A DNA stretch of 47,123 nucleotides from an uncultured archaeon. GTDB taxonomy: Archaea; Altiarchaeota; Altiarchaeia; IMC4; SCGC-AAA252-I15. This document shows positions 1 to 10,350 of this stretch, one piece after another. Location of the stretch: positions 1 through 47,123 of the forward strand of contig CABMCB010000032.1 of NCBI GenBank assembly GCA_902384455.1, in the 5' to 3' direction. The translations under genes were made by a program, and so were the position numbers. Below the pieces are notes generated by a model. It was not told where the DNA came from, searched no databases, and saw nothing but the letters and a program-made list of their open reading frames with translations. Every line of letters begins with the position of its first letter. The stretch's first letter is position 1.

Positions 1-1
1 C

Positions 2-613
2 ATAGCCACCGCCGCAAAACACTACCCCATGAACATAGCCCTCCACGACATACAAAGGAAGGCCATACTAAACGACCCCGAATGGAAAAACGGCAACTAC
101 TACGACCGCGGTCAGCCTAAGCGAGGACTGTCTCTTGCCCGCCAGATGGGACACATCACATACCTAAGCCACGAAACATTCACAAGGAAATTCGGCAGAG
201 ACCAAAAGAAGACAATTCCAAAAAAGAAGTTTGGGATAGAATTCGAAGTCCAAAGCTACCTCGACTACAACGGCGAAAGCTTCGTCGGAAGGTTCGACGC
301 CAACAGCTACCTCTACATAACCCACGCCATAGACCACTTCGACCTAACCGAAAACGGGAGAAAAACGCTAAAAGGCGTATTCAAAAACGTTAAGACGAAA
401 ATCCTGCTGGTATCATTCACCTCAGACAGCCTGTACCCGCCAGAATACGTGGAAGAAGTATACGCAGGACTTGCGGAAGCAGGCGTCCCCGTAGTCTACA
501 AGAAACTGGACCTGCCTTACGGCCACGACGCATTCCTCGTCTACAACAACACACTAGGCAACGTACTAATCGACTTCCTCACCGAAAACGAGAAACTTAC
601 AGCAACTAAATGA
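2..613 (+). CDS. metX: Homoserine O-acetyltransferase, C-terminal part (5' end outside window)
   Basis: Frame is open from base 2. MetX motifs GLSLARQMGHITY, FDANSYL, SDxLYP (catalytic Asp) and GHDAFL (catalytic His). Confidence 0.9.
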   Translation: MATAAKHYPMNIALHDIQRKAILNDPEWKNGNYYDRGQPKRGLSLARQMGHITYLSHETFTRKFGRDQKKTIPKKKFGIEFEVQSYLDYNGESFVGRFDANSYLYITHAIDHFDLTENGRKTLKGVFKNVKTKILLVSFTSDSLYPPEYVEEVYAGLAEAGVPVVYKKLDLPYGHDAFLVYNNTLGNVLIDFLTENEKLTATK

Positions 614-1145
614 TGGCGTCGAAAGACTTGACGATAGCCATAGTCTTCTCTGCGGCCTCTTTCACCTGCTTGAATGTTTTGGCGCCGGTGATTATCATGT
701 TTCCGCTTCTGAATATGAGCATTACTGTTTTGGGTTCTGCGAGCCGGTAGACGAGGCCGGGGAATTGTTCCGGCTCGTATTCGGTGTTTTCGCTTTCGAC
801 CGCGAGTACGTCAAGGTTCACCTTGAATCCCATGCTTGAGGATGCGACGATGTTTTGTATTGCTACTGTGGGCTTGGCTTTGACCGTTACGCCTCCTTCC
901 TTGAGTTTCTTTAGCAGGTGTACTACGGCTATCTTTATGTCTTTGTTGCTTCTTGCGCCGGTGCAGATTACTTTGCCGGAGGAGAATATGAGCATCGCCA
1001 TCTGAGGGTCCTTGACGCGGTATACTACGCCTGGAAAGTTCTTTGGGTTGTATTCTATTCCAGTGACTTTCTTGGAAAAAACAGCCAAGTCTATTTTAGT
1101 GTAAAGTGTGATGGCCGAAACCATGTTTTCTACGCGAGTTTCCAT
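606..1145 (-). CDS. tbp: TATA-box binding protein
   Basis: Two TBP repeats: EYNPKNFPGVVYR...LIFSSGKVICTGA and EYEPEQFPGLVYR...LIFRSGNMIITGA. Confidence 0.97.
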   Translation of the reverse strand: METRVENMVSAITLYTKIDLAVFSKKVTGIEYNPKNFPGVVYRVKDPQMAMLIFSSGKVICTGARSNKDIKIAVVHLLKKLKEGGVTVKAKPTVAIQNIVASSSMGFKVNLDVLAVESENTEYEPEQFPGLVYRLAEPKTVMLIFRSGNMIITGAKTFKQVKEAAEKTMAIVKSFDAII

Positions 1146-1225
1146 GTGAGAGTGAGCCGTTTGTGCGGTTTACATCAGAAAGATATACATAAGGGGTAAA
1201 GGCAGCTAAAAAATGAGTCTTAGGG

Positions 1226-1840
1226 TCAAATGATGGCGAGCACGTCTGAAAGAGACTCTATTTCCTCGTCGGCCATTGTTTTTAGGCCTATTGTGTATAT
1301 TCCGGCTTGTTTTCCTGCTGCTGCGTCCACGTCTGTGTCGCCTATGAATACGGCTTGGTGTGGGGGTATGCCGAGTTCTTTCAGGGCTTTGTTTAGCATT
1401 GCGGGGTCTGGTTTTCCTTTGGGTACGTCGTCGCCGCATACTATGGCGTCGATTAGGGGTCTCATCATTGATGCGTTTAGTATGGATTCGGTTACGTCTC
1501 TTGCTGAGTTGGTGGCTACGGCAGTCTTGATTTGGCGTTTCTTAAGTTGCGTTAGGACTTCTTTTGAGTCTGGGAATGGTTTTAGGTTGTTGTAGAATTT
1601 GGCGAGGTTGCGTTCGTATGCTTTGTTTATGGTTTCGGGTGTTGCGCCGGGAAAGAAGAGTTCGATGTCTTTTTCGGTTGATTCGCCCATGATGCTCGTT
1701 TTGAAGTCTTGGTAGTCTACTGCGGTTTTTCCGTATTCGGCAAGCGTTTCGACGAAAACTAGGTACCATGTGCGGACGCTGTCGACCAGTACGCCGTCCA
1801 TGTCGAATATGACGGCTTTAACTTCTTCAGGCCGGTTCAT
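1226..1840 (-). CDS. HAD-superfamily hydrolase (phosphoglycolate phosphatase-like)
   Basis: Motif I FDMDGVLVD, ATNS, KPDP and IGDT. Confidence 0.9.
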   Translation of the reverse strand: MNRPEEVKAVIFDMDGVLVDSVRTWYLVFVETLAEYGKTAVDYQDFKTSIMGESTEKDIELFFPGATPETINKAYERNLAKFYNNLKPFPDSKEVLTQLKKRQIKTAVATNSARDVTESILNASMMRPLIDAIVCGDDVPKGKPDPAMLNKALKELGIPPHQAVFIGDTDVDAAAGKQAGIYTIGLKTMADEEIESLSDVLAII

Positions 1841-1849
1841 GCTGTGTGC

Positions 1850-2203
1850 TCAGGAGAATGGCGTTGGAGCAGGCGAGTTGCTGACTCCTTTAGTCAGGTA
1901 TCTTTCTGCCGGGTTTATTGTGTTTGGGGGAATCTGCCTGGGCACCCTTTTGTATAGGGTGTCTGAGAGGCGGTATGTGTCTTGGCTTATGCTTTCGAAG
2001 TAGAGCAGCGCCCCTTCCGTAAGCTGCTCCAAGTCCCCTTCGTTCAGCCGGACTTCAATCAGAACCTCTTCTCTGTTTGGCGGCCTGACCATTATGCCGA
2101 GCACTGAGCCGGCGGGGGTTGCCCCTTCTTTGAGGGCTTTTTCTGTGTATTCTGTGGGTATGCCGCGTATGTAGGCGATGCGTTGTAGTTTGGCTAAAAA
2201 CAT
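1850..2203 (-). CDS. Hypothetical protein (117 aa)
   Basis: ATG-started ORF filling the gap, co-oriented with the HAD gene. No recognisable motif. Confidence 0.55.
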   Translation of the reverse strand: MFLAKLQRIAYIRGIPTEYTEKALKEGATPAGSVLGIMVRPPNREEVLIEVRLNEGDLEQLTEGALLYFESISQDTYRLSDTLYKRVPRQIPPNTINPAERYLTKGVSNSPAPTPFS

Positions 2204-2322
2204 GGTGAGTATGAAGAGTATTATAGTGGTTATACAAGCCGAGTTGTGGCTATATAAGTAGGGGCGGGAGTTAAAAAAGGTTTCGGAAAAAAACGTGAAT
2301 GACGTTCGATTGAACCCGAAAA

Positions 2323-2877
2323 TTACCGAACGTCTGAGGGAACGTTAACCCAGAAGCTGAATTCCTCCATCTGCTTTTTCAACGCCGCAGGAGTCGACCG
2401 GCCATACGACGAAAGCCAACCTCCGTCAGCAAACTCCGCCGGAAGAGAATCATCAACAACTTTGGCGCGGCGAACAAACTCCGCCACACCCCGATTCCTT
2501 ATGACGCTGTCCCGCGGCTTAAAAACGCCGCTCCACAAAGCCCAAACCTTAAACACAGTATCAGGATAACGCCCCCCGCCCATGTCCACAGCCAAAACAT
2601 CGCACCGCTTAACGCGAGAAAAAACCTCCTTAACAGTCTCAAAACTCCTCGCATCACCGCGGACAAAAAAAAGGTTGCTATGCACCTCAACCAACTTCTT
2701 AAACGCCTCCTCCCCCTGAACACCCTTCTCAACAGCAACCGCAACCTTAGCCTTAGACAAATAAGGAACAGTGCTCTGACCCAAATGCGGCCCAATCTCC
2801 ACCACCACATCCCCAACCCTAACCGCCTGCGCAAGAACACTCCTATACCTACCCACCTCATAACAGACGGATATCAT
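2323..2877 (-). CDS. SAM-dependent methyltransferase-like protein
   Basis: VVEIGPHLGQST motif I, GDA and LAVDMGGGRY. Confidence 0.7.
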   Translation of the reverse strand: MISVCYEVGRYRSVLAQAVRVGDVVVEIGPHLGQSTVPYLSKAKVAVAVEKGVQGEEAFKKLVEVHSNLFFVRGDARSFETVKEVFSRVKRCDVLAVDMGGGRYPDTVFKVWALWSGVFKPRDSVIRNRGVAEFVRRAKVVDDSLPAEFADGGWLSSYGRSTPAALKKQMEEFSFWVNVPSDVR

Positions 2878-2921
2878 GGCGTTTTATTTAAGTTACGGCG
2901 GCCTAATTAATCGGATTAACA

Positions 2922-5900
2922 ATGCGGCTTAGGAAACTCGAGGTTAAGGGTTTTAAGACTTTCAAGGACAAGGTATCCCTCGAGTTCCCAGACAAGTTCA
3001 CCGTCATTGTAGGCCCCAACGGAAGCGGAAAAAGCAACCTCACTGAAGCCATCTGCTTTGTACTCGGCAAAAGCCGCGGACTGCGGGCGACAAACCTTCA
3101 GGAACTTATTTTCAACGGCGGGAAAAACTTCGCCCCCGCAGACAAAACCATCGTGTCCGTAGAGTTCGTGGAAGACGACGGCACAGTCCACCGGCTAAGC
3201 AGGATGGTAGACCGCGACGGCCACAGCCAATACAAACTCGACGACAAAAGAGTGACGCGCCAGCACATCATAGACCTTGTCGGCGACAACGAATACAACA
3301 TAATACTTCAGGACGACGTAACCCGCGTCATAGAGATGAAGCCGCAGGAACGCCGCACCATAATCGACGACCTATGCGGAATAGCTGAATACGACCAAAA
3401 GAAGGACAAAGCACTCAAAGAACTCAAGAAAGTCGAAGAGCACATAAACGAATCCCACATACGCCTGGGAGAAAAACAAAACTACCTAAGGGAACTCGGA
3501 AAAGAAAGGGACGAAGCATTAAGATTCAAAAAAGCGCGCGAAGACCTACGCCAAATAGAAGCAAGCATACTACACTACGAAATCAACCGCCTAACAACAA
3601 GCGAAGTAGGCCTCAAAGAAAAACAGACCACAATAGACACGCAACGCGACGAAGACGTCAAAAAACTCGCCGAAACCAAAAACGCGCTCGAAAAAATACG
3701 CCAAAGAACAAGGGAAATAAGCAGCCGCCTCATACAACTCGAAGAAGAAAAAGGAGTGACCAAGGCCGTGGAAATGCGCGGCCAAATAGCGAGGATACAA
3801 GACCGCATACACGACACCGCAGACAGAAAAAAGAAGGCGGACGCGACTATACAGGACGGCAAGCGCCGCACTCACGCCCTGCAGAAGGAGGAGGAGACCC
3901 TTTCAGCGAAGGCGCATGAACTTCACACACGCCTTGTAGAACTCACAAAATCCATAGACGAAGAAACAAAGAAACTGGGAGACGAAAAACTGGAGGCGCA
4001 AATAAACGAATTGCGCCAGCACATCTCCGACCTCAAGGCCGAAAGGAAATCCCTCGTCGAATCGACTGAGCGGCTTACTGAGGAGCGGGCTGCCACAAGT
4101 CAGAAGGAACTCGCAGACAAGGCAAGCGAAGCCAAATCAACCCTTGACGAAATCCGCGAACGCATAACTGAAGCGGAAGGAAAACACGAAGTCACGACGC
4201 GGCGCATAGACAAACTTAAGGAGAGAAAGAAAGGCCTGGACGAGAAGATAATCCGCCTAAGAAGCGAAGCCGAAAAACTGCGCATAGACGAGGCGCAAAA
4301 GCAGGCGGAATGGAAGGCGCTATCGGATGCCGGCGGCGGAGTAAACAAGGCGGTAAGCTCCGTGCTCAAACTCAAAGACGTCATAAGAGGAATCCACGGA
4401 ACAGTAAGCCAGCTGGGGAAAGTCGTGGACGAAGACTATGAAATCGCCCTTGAAATAGCAGCTCAGGGGCGCCTGCAGGACATAGTGGTGGATAACATAG
4501 ACGTCGCAGCCAAGTGCATTAGGTACTTGAGGGAGAAGCAGATTGGGCGCGCAACTTTCATTCCTCTTGACAAGGTTCGGGTGAAGACTGCTAAGGAGTT
4601 TCCAAGCCGGGCGTTCGGTTTCGCCAGAGACTTCATCGACTGCGACGACGCCTATGACGGCGTATTCAACTACGTCTTCGGCGATACGCTTGTTGTGTCC
4701 GACTTGGAGACTGCAAAGCAGATTGGCATAGGTTCTTACAGGATGGTTACGCTTGAAGGAGACTTAATAGAGCGCACTGGGGTGGTCACCGGCGGGCACA
4801 TAATAAAAAGCCAGGGCATAGGATTCACGAACATCGACGCGTTGGAGGAGGAAGTCAAGAAAATCCGCCGCACACTCGAAGAGCAAATATCAAAGGTTTC
4901 CGAAGCTGAGGAAGAGGCCTCGGTCGTAGACAATGAGATAAGGGAGGTTTCTGTCATCGCCTCCGAAAGCCTTAAGGCAAGTCATGATTTGGCGGTCGAA
5001 CAGAAGGGTCTTGAGGAGCGTGAGGGCGATTTCAGGCGCAGAGCCGAGGAAGCGGAAGCACGTCTTACAGCAGTGGAGGAGACGCTTGAGAAGAACAGGC
5101 AGCGCATCAAAGACATAGACAGGCAGGTGCAGAAGGAAGACGAGACTTTCCAGAAGCTTTGGGCCGAACGCGGAGGGTCTTCTGAGTCGCCGGTTAACCG
5201 GCTTAAGGATGAGAGCAGGGACGTTGAGATTGAGAAGGGTCGTGTTGAGGAGAAGATTACTCTCAACAAACAGCAGATTAAAGAGATTCATGAGTTGGTG
5301 AAGGTTGCTGAGGAGGAGATTAAGGTTCATGAGAAGGCGATTGCCGAGCTTGATGTTCAGAAGGGCGAGATTGAATCGGCTTTGAAGAAGGTTGAGGAGG
5401 AGACTAAGGTTTTGTCTAAGGAGATTGGGAAGCTTCTTGCGGAGAGGGAGGTTCTTGACGGCGAACTGACTGAGTTGGGGTCTCAGCAGGGCGCTGTTGA
5501 GCGCCGTCTGCTTGAGGTTGGCGATGAGGTCAGTAAGTTGCGCGTCCGTTTGGCTGAGGTTACGGCTCAGCTTAACGAGCTTAGGAAGCAGTACGCGGGG
5601 TATGAGGGCGTTGCTGTTGTGGACTTGCGTATAGGAGAGCTTACGCAGAAGAAGCAGCAACTTGAGGAGATGCTTGCGACTTTTGGGGCGGTGAACCTGA
5701 AGTCCATTGAAACATACGACGTAATCAAAAACGAGTATGAGGAGGTTAGAGGTAAACTCGACACATTGAAAAGCGAGCGCCAAAGCATCTTCGACTTCAT
5801 GGCTGAAGTGGAGAAACGCAAGCTTGAAGCGTTCACAGGCGCGTTCGACGTTGTGCGCGCCAACTTCGAAGACATTTACTCTAAACTATCTGGCGGCTCA

Positions 5901-6263
5901 GGAACCCTGATACTGGACAACCCCAAGAGCATAAGCGAATCGGGGCTCATAATAAAGGCTTCTCCGCCGGGCAAGAAGGTAATGAACCTTGAGGCTATGA
6001 GCGGCGGCGAAAAGACTCTCACAAGCTCCGCTTTCTTACTGGCAATCCAGCAGTACAAGCCCACCCACTTCTACGTCGTGGACGAACTGGACGCGGCGTT
6101 GGACCGCTCCAACAGCCTTAAGCTTGCGGAAATGCTCAAAGGAAGCGACTCGCAGTTCATACTGGTCACACACAACGACGCAATGATTCAGTACGCTCAG
6201 TCAGTGATAGGCGTCTCAATGAAAGACGGATTCTCCCAGATAGTCGGCGTAAGACTGGAGTAA
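2922..6263 (+). CDS. smc: Chromosome segregation protein SMC
   Basis: Walker A GPNGSGKSN, coiled coils, hinge (GRATFIPL, VTLEGD...GVVTGG), signature MSGGEK and Walker B VVDELDAALD. Confidence 0.97.
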   Translation: MRLRKLEVKGFKTFKDKVSLEFPDKFTVIVGPNGSGKSNLTEAICFVLGKSRGLRATNLQELIFNGGKNFAPADKTIVSVEFVEDDGTVHRLSRMVDRDGHSQYKLDDKRVTRQHIIDLVGDNEYNIILQDDVTRVIEMKPQERRTIIDDLCGIAEYDQKKDKALKELKKVEEHINESHIRLGEKQNYLRELGKERDEALRFKKAREDLRQIEASILHYEINRLTTSEVGLKEKQTTIDTQRDEDVKKLAETKNALEKIRQRTREISSRLIQLEEEKGVTKAVEMRGQIARIQDRIHDTADRKKKADATIQDGKRRTHALQKEEETLSAKAHELHTRLVELTKSIDEETKKLGDEKLEAQINELRQHISDLKAERKSLVESTERLTEERAATSQKELADKASEAKSTLDEIRERITEAEGKHEVTTRRIDKLKERKKGLDEKIIRLRSEAEKLRIDEAQKQAEWKALSDAGGGVNKAVSSVLKLKDVIRGIHGTVSQLGKVVDEDYEIALEIAAQGRLQDIVVDNIDVAAKCIRYLREKQIGRATFIPLDKVRVKTAKEFPSRAFGFARDFIDCDDAYDGVFNYVFGDTLVVSDLETAKQIGIGSYRMVTLEGDLIERTGVVTGGHIIKSQGIGFTNIDALEEEVKKIRRTLEEQISKVSEAEEEASVVDNEIREVSVIASESLKASHDLAVEQKGLEEREGDFRRRAEEAEARLTAVEETLEKNRQRIKDIDRQVQKEDETFQKLWAERGGSSESPVNRLKDESRDVEIEKGRVEEKITLNKQQIKEIHELVKVAEEEIKVHEKAIAELDVQKGEIESALKKVEEETKVLSKEIGKLLAEREVLDGELTELGSQQGAVERRLLEVGDEVSKLRVRLAEVTAQLNELRKQYAGYEGVAVVDLRIGELTQKKQQLEEMLATFGAVNLKSIETYDVIKNEYEEVRGKLDTLKSERQSIFDFMAEVEKRKLEAFTGAFDVVRANFEDIYSKLSGGSGTLILDNPKSISESGLIIKASPPGKKVMNLEAMSGGEKTLTSSAFLLAIQQYKPTHFYVVDELDAALDRSNSLKLAEMLKGSDSQFILVTHNDAMIQYAQSVIGVSMKDGFSQIVGVRLE

Positions 6264-6332
6264 TTCCATTACAACGCCCCGCACACTAATGCTCCCGCAC
6301 GCAGAAAAAAATATGCGGAAAAAATTCGACTG

Positions 6333-6488
6333 CTAAATATCCTTTAGGCCTAGGTCGTTGCCGCCTGCTGCGCCCGGTCCTCGGGGGAATTGTTTGCCTG
6401 TTGCGGTGCATATGCCCGCCGGAACGTTTGCGGCTATGCAGCCGTTTGGGTTGCAGGTCTTTCGCGGGTTGAGGTAACAAGATGACAC
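6333..6488 (-). CDS. Putative small four-cysteine protein (51 aa, GTG start)
   Basis: MSSCYLNPRKTCNPNGCIAANVPAGICTATGKQF...LKDI. Fills the smc/cdc48 gap and uses genome-typical codons (ATA, GCA, AAC). Confidence 0.45.
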   Translation of the reverse strand: MSSCYLNPRKTCNPNGCIAANVPAGICTATGKQFPRGPGAAGGNDLGLKDI

Positions 6489-6543
6489 AGTAAGTATAGT
6501 GCGGGGGGAGTAAAAAACTTTGGGCGCGTAATATCGTATTACT

Positions 6544-8712
6544 TTATCCTCTTTCTCCGATTGTTTCCCTAAGGCGCTTCCACTTCTCACTGTCGGATTC
6601 AGTGAACGACGACTTCACCTGAGCGAACGCGTCAGTGAAGTTCTTCATCGAGACCTTCTGCGCCTTCGGCTTGTCCTTGCTCTTTTCGATGGCTTCGCGA
6701 ATGGCGTTCATTCCGGCTTCCCTGCATACTGCGGCGATGTCTGCGCCCGTGTATCCTTCAGAGTTCTCCACCAGATCATCGATTTTCACGTCCTCAGCAA
6801 CCTTCATGCCGCGCATGTTCACCTGGAAAATCTTCCTTGCAGACTCCTTGTCAGGGTAAGGAACGTAGAGTATCCTGTCCAGGCGGCCCGGCCGCATTAG
6901 TGCTTCGTCAAGTAGGTCTGGGCGGTTGGTTGAGCCGATTATCATGACGTCCTTGAGTTCTGAGACTCCGTCTATTTCAGTAAGCAGTTGCGCGACGACT
7001 TTTTCGGTGACGTCGCTTCCGAAGTCCTGCCCTCTTTTTGGTATGAGGCTGTCTAGTTCGTCGAAGAATATTATTGCCGGCGCAACCTGCCGCGCGCGGT
7101 GAAACACCTTCCTGACTCCGCGCTCGGACTCTCCCACGTATTTGTTGAGTAGCTCCGGCCCCTTCACTGAAATGAAGTTGACGCCTGATTCCGTCGCGAC
7201 GGCTTTGGCAAGAAGAGTCTTCCCACATCCGGGAGGACCGTAAAGCAATACGCCTTTGGGCGGGGAAACTCCCGTTTCCTTGAAAAGGCCGGGATACTTT
7301 ATCGCCCATTCTACGGCCTCGGAAATCTGCCGCTTCACTTTGTCTAAGCCGCCTATGTCGTCCCATTTTACGGAGGGGACTTCTACTGCGACTTCGCGCA
7401 TTGCTGAGGGCTCTACCCGGGTCATTGCGTCGCGGAAGTCTTCTGCGGTGACCTTGATTTTGTCGAGTATTTCTTTTGACAGTTGCGTGCCTTTCGCCTT
7501 CTTTATGTCGGGCATTATTTTCCTTAGCGCCTTCATCGCCGATTCTTTGCACAGTGATTCCAGGTCTGCGCCGGAGTATCCGTGCGTGATGCTTGCGATG
7601 GCGTCAAGGTTTACGTCTGACGTTAGAGGCATGCCTCGCGTGTGGATTTGAAGTATCTCTTTTCTTCCGTCGCGGTCGGGTATGCCTATGTCTATTTCGC
7701 GGTCGAATCTGCCGGGGCGTCTTAGTGCGGGGTCTATGGAGTCGGGGCGGTTGGTTGCCGCAATCACGACTACTTCCCCCCTGGATTCTAGTCCGTCCAT
7801 TAGGGTTAGAAGTTGGCTTACGACGCGCTTTTCCACTTCGCCCGTTACTTCCTCGCGGCTTGGGGCTATTGCGTCGAGTTCGTCTATGAATATGATTGCG
7901 GGAGTGTGTTCCTGCGCCTGCTTGAATACGTCCCTCAGGTTTTCTTCGCTTTGCCCGTAGTATTTGCTCATTATTTCCGGGCCGTTAAGGGGTATGAAGT
8001 GCGCGTCTGTTTCGCTTGCTACCGCGCGCGCTAGAAGCGTCTTTCCTGTTCCAGGCGGGCCGTGAAGCAGCACGCCTTTGGGCGGCTTGATGCCTAGTTT
8101 TTTGAAGACTTCAGGGTGCTTTATGGGAGTCTCAATCATCTCCCTTATCGCCTCGATTTCATCTTTGAGGCCGCCGATGTCTTCGTACCTTAGGCCGGGG
8201 GAGACTTCGGCCGCTTTGACTGGTGTCTTTGATATTTTGATGGCTGTTTCGGGTGTTACGCGGACGACTCCTCGCGGTTTGACTCCTGCGACGGCTAAGG
8301 GGAATGGCGTTCCCATGACGTCTATTACTACTGAGTTGCCGTGCATCAGAGGCATGTTCATTATGCGCTCCAGCACGTACTCCACGAAGTCTTCGTCGAA
8401 CTCAATCTGCTGTGTCGGCCCAAGGTGGACTTCGACTGCGTCGCTGCATTCGACCTTTTCCACTTTCACTTCGTCGTCAAGGCCTACTCCGGTGTTGTGC
8501 CGTATGATTCCGTCTAGGCGTATGACTCCTTTGTTTCTGTCGGATTCTGGTCCGGGCCATACTAGGACTGCTGCTTTTCTTTTTCCTTCGACAAGAAGTA
8601 CGTCTCCTGAGGAGAGGTTCATTTGTTTGAATGCCGCTGGGTCTAGGCGGGCTATTCCTCGTCCTACTTCGTTGATTTTGGCTTCTTTGACTCTGAGGTT
8701 GGTTTCTTCCAT
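6544..8712 (-). CDS. cdc48: CDC48/VAT family AAA+ ATPase
   Basis: N-domain plus two AAA modules ([16 protein letters not shown]; DELD; RPGRFD and RPGRLD). Confidence 0.97.
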   Translation of the reverse strand: MEETNLRVKEAKINEVGRGIARLDPAAFKQMNLSSGDVLLVEGKRKAAVLVWPGPESDRNKGVIRLDGIIRHNTGVGLDDEVKVEKVECSDAVEVHLGPTQQIEFDEDFVEYVLERIMNMPLMHGNSVVIDVMGTPFPLAVAGVKPRGVVRVTPETAIKISKTPVKAAEVSPGLRYEDIGGLKDEIEAIREMIETPIKHPEVFKKLGIKPPKGVLLHGPPGTGKTLLARAVASETDAHFIPLNGPEIMSKYYGQSEENLRDVFKQAQEHTPAIIFIDELDAIAPSREEVTGEVEKRVVSQLLTLMDGLESRGEVVVIAATNRPDSIDPALRRPGRFDREIDIGIPDRDGRKEILQIHTRGMPLTSDVNLDAIASITHGYSGADLESLCKESAMKALRKIMPDIKKAKGTQLSKEILDKIKVTAEDFRDAMTRVEPSAMREVAVEVPSVKWDDIGGLDKVKRQISEAVEWAIKYPGLFKETGVSPPKGVLLYGPPGCGKTLLAKAVATESGVNFISVKGPELLNKYVGESERGVRKVFHRARQVAPAIIFFDELDSLIPKRGQDFGSDVTEKVVAQLLTEIDGVSELKDVMIIGSTNRPDLLDEALMRPGRLDRILYVPYPDKESARKIFQVNMRGMKVAEDVKIDDLVENSEGYTGADIAAVCREAGMNAIREAIEKSKDKPKAQKVSMKNFTDAFAQVKSSFTESDSEKWKRLRETIGERG

Positions 8713-8757
8713 CGTTAATCCCCCTTTTGATTTTGTGCTTTAATATAGGTTTGCCTG

Positions 8758-8773
8758 TTTATAAATCTTTTGG
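8758..8773 (-). promoter_or_regulatory. Putative BRE-TATA promoter of cdc48
   Basis: Minus strand reads CCAAAAGATTTATAAA about 45-60 nt upstream of the ATG, and a GGGGG SD-like run precedes the ATG. Confidence 0.5.
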
Positions 8774-8822
8774 GTTGGAAACTGGACCCGCACGGGGGAA
8801 CAAACCTAAAAGAAAAAAGTGC

Positions 8823-9440
8823 TCACGCGCCGCGTGCACCGGACTTCGCTTTTCCCGCCGCCGCACCCTTATTTACTTTCTTCAAAAGCCACGCCATGTT
8901 TCTGCCTAGCGTCTTCATGGTCTTGACCGCTTCCGCGTCATTCTCCACGTCGCCTTTGTTTCCGCCAAACCCAATGTTCCAGTAGGACGAACCGACCACA
9001 ATCATCTCCCCGATCGTGAAAAAGTGGTTTATGGAGTCGAACGTGTGGACTGAACCGGAACGCCTGGCCGCCACCACAGCCGCACCCACCTTACGCCCGA
9101 ACATGTTGTCGTTGGCGCGCGCAGTCATACCAGCACGCTCAATCAACGCCTTCAAAATAGCAGACACATCCGCAAAATAAGAAGGCGAACCCAAGACTAT
9201 TCCGTCGGCCTCAAGCATCTTTTCTATGCACTCGTTCACTACGTCGTCTTCGACCGCGCACCTCTTGTTCTTGTTTGCGTAGCACTTGTAGCAGGCAGTG
9301 CACCCGCGAATAGGCCTCTCAGAAAGCTGCACCAACTCAGTTTCAATCCCTTCCGACTCAAGCTCCGCCAGAACGTGCTTGATTAGAGCTGCGGTGTTCC
9401 CGTCTTTCCGGGCGCTCCCGTTGAATGCGACGACCTTCAT
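8823..9440 (-). CDS. Flavodoxin-like iron-sulfur flavoprotein (NADPH-dependent FMN reductase family)
   Basis: NGSARKDGNT FMN loop, CxxCxxC...C cluster motif and GSPSYF. Confidence 0.9.
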   Translation of the reverse strand: MKVVAFNGSARKDGNTAALIKHVLAELESEGIETELVQLSERPIRGCTACYKCYANKNKRCAVEDDVVNECIEKMLEADGIVLGSPSYFADVSAILKALIERAGMTARANDNMFGRKVGAAVVAARRSGSVHTFDSINHFFTIGEMIVVGSSYWNIGFGGNKGDVENDAEAVKTMKTLGRNMAWLLKKVNKGAAAGKAKSGARGA

Positions 9441-9467
9441 GTGAATTTTCCTCCATGTAATCTACTC

Positions 9468-9824
9468 TTATTTTCTGTCATGCTTTAACGCCTGTTGGAT
9501 ATAGTAGCGGAGAACGGTTTCGTCAACATCCTTCAGGCGTTTGAACCTTAAGTTTCTGGACACTTTTCCAACACCTCCAAGCAGGCCGTGTTTGTCCTCA
9601 AAATCCGACCCCCGCGAGAAGGAGAGGGTGATATACGTCTTTGCGGGACTGATTACCGCAAAAATCCGCTTACCCTTATATGCGGGTATGCCGTAACGTA
9701 TGGCTTCTTCGGCGTCCGGGGCGCACTCGCGCATAATCTCCCTCAGCGCCGCCACAACAGACCTAAACTCAGGCAATACTCTAGCCTTAACAAACTCGTC
9801 AACAGTAATGTTTTTGTCGGCCAT
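9468..9824 (-). CDS. DUF1801 (YdhG-like) protein
   Basis: APDAEEAIRYGIPAY and FSRG...DKHGLLGGVGKVSR pattern. Confidence 0.8.
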   Translation of the reverse strand: MADKNITVDEFVKARVLPEFRSVVAALREIMRECAPDAEEAIRYGIPAYKGKRIFAVISPAKTYITLSFSRGSDFEDKHGLLGGVGKVSRNLRFKRLKDVDETVLRYYIQQALKHDRK

Positions 9825-9838
9825 TTGCCCTCCTTTAC

Positions 9839-10312
9839 TTATCGCTGCTCATACGCGCGCTTCAACGTCTTAATGTCGATTTTATCCATCTGAAGCATCG
9901 CCTTCATTACTCTTTCTGATTTCTTGGGATCCGCGTCCCGCAACATCTCGCCCAAAACCACGGGGACGATTTGCCACGACACGCCGTACCTGTCCTTAAG
10001 CCAGCCGCATCTCCCTTTTTCCCCGCCTTCTGAGAGCTTCTCCCACAGCCGGTCAACTTCCTCCTGCGTCTCGCAGTTCACGAAGAAAGATATTGCCGGC
10101 GTGAAGGTGAATTGCGGGCCGCCGTTGAGCGCGGTGAATTCCTGCCCCTCGAGCTGGAACGTCGCGCTCATTACCGCTCCCTTAGGGCCTGGCCCCGCGT
10201 CGCCGTATCGGATGACGCTTTCAACCTTCGAGTTTCTAAATATTGAGACGTAAAGGTTCATCGCCTCTTCAGCTTTGCCGTCGAACCACAGGAAGGGAGT
10301 GATTTTTTGCAT
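9839..10312 (-). CDS. VOC family protein (PhnB / 3-demethylubiquinone-9 3-methyltransferase-like)
   Basis: [32 protein letters not shown] and [13 protein letters not shown]. Start set at ATG 10312. Confidence 0.92.
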   Translation of the reverse strand: MQKITPFLWFDGKAEEAMNLYVSIFRNSKVESVIRYGDAGPGPKGAVMSATFQLEGQEFTALNGGPQFTFTPAISFFVNCETQEEVDRLWEKLSEGGEKGRCGWLKDRYGVSWQIVPVVLGEMLRDADPKKSERVMKAMLQMDKIDIKTLKRAYEQR

Positions 10313-10350
10313 GATTGATTTAATAGAGCGCAGCCCGTATATACAAAAAA

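Noticed and set aside
4890-5783. 297-aa antisense ORF in smc, and other long antisense ORFs in cdc48, EF-2 and DUF460
   Set aside because: These are shadow ORFs produced by codon bias of the sense gene and have no motifs.
6277-6510. CCCCGCAC / GTGCGGGG inverted repeat flanking the small Cys ORF as possible MITE ends
   Set aside because: Only 8 bp, with no target-site duplication or transposase; compatible with chance.
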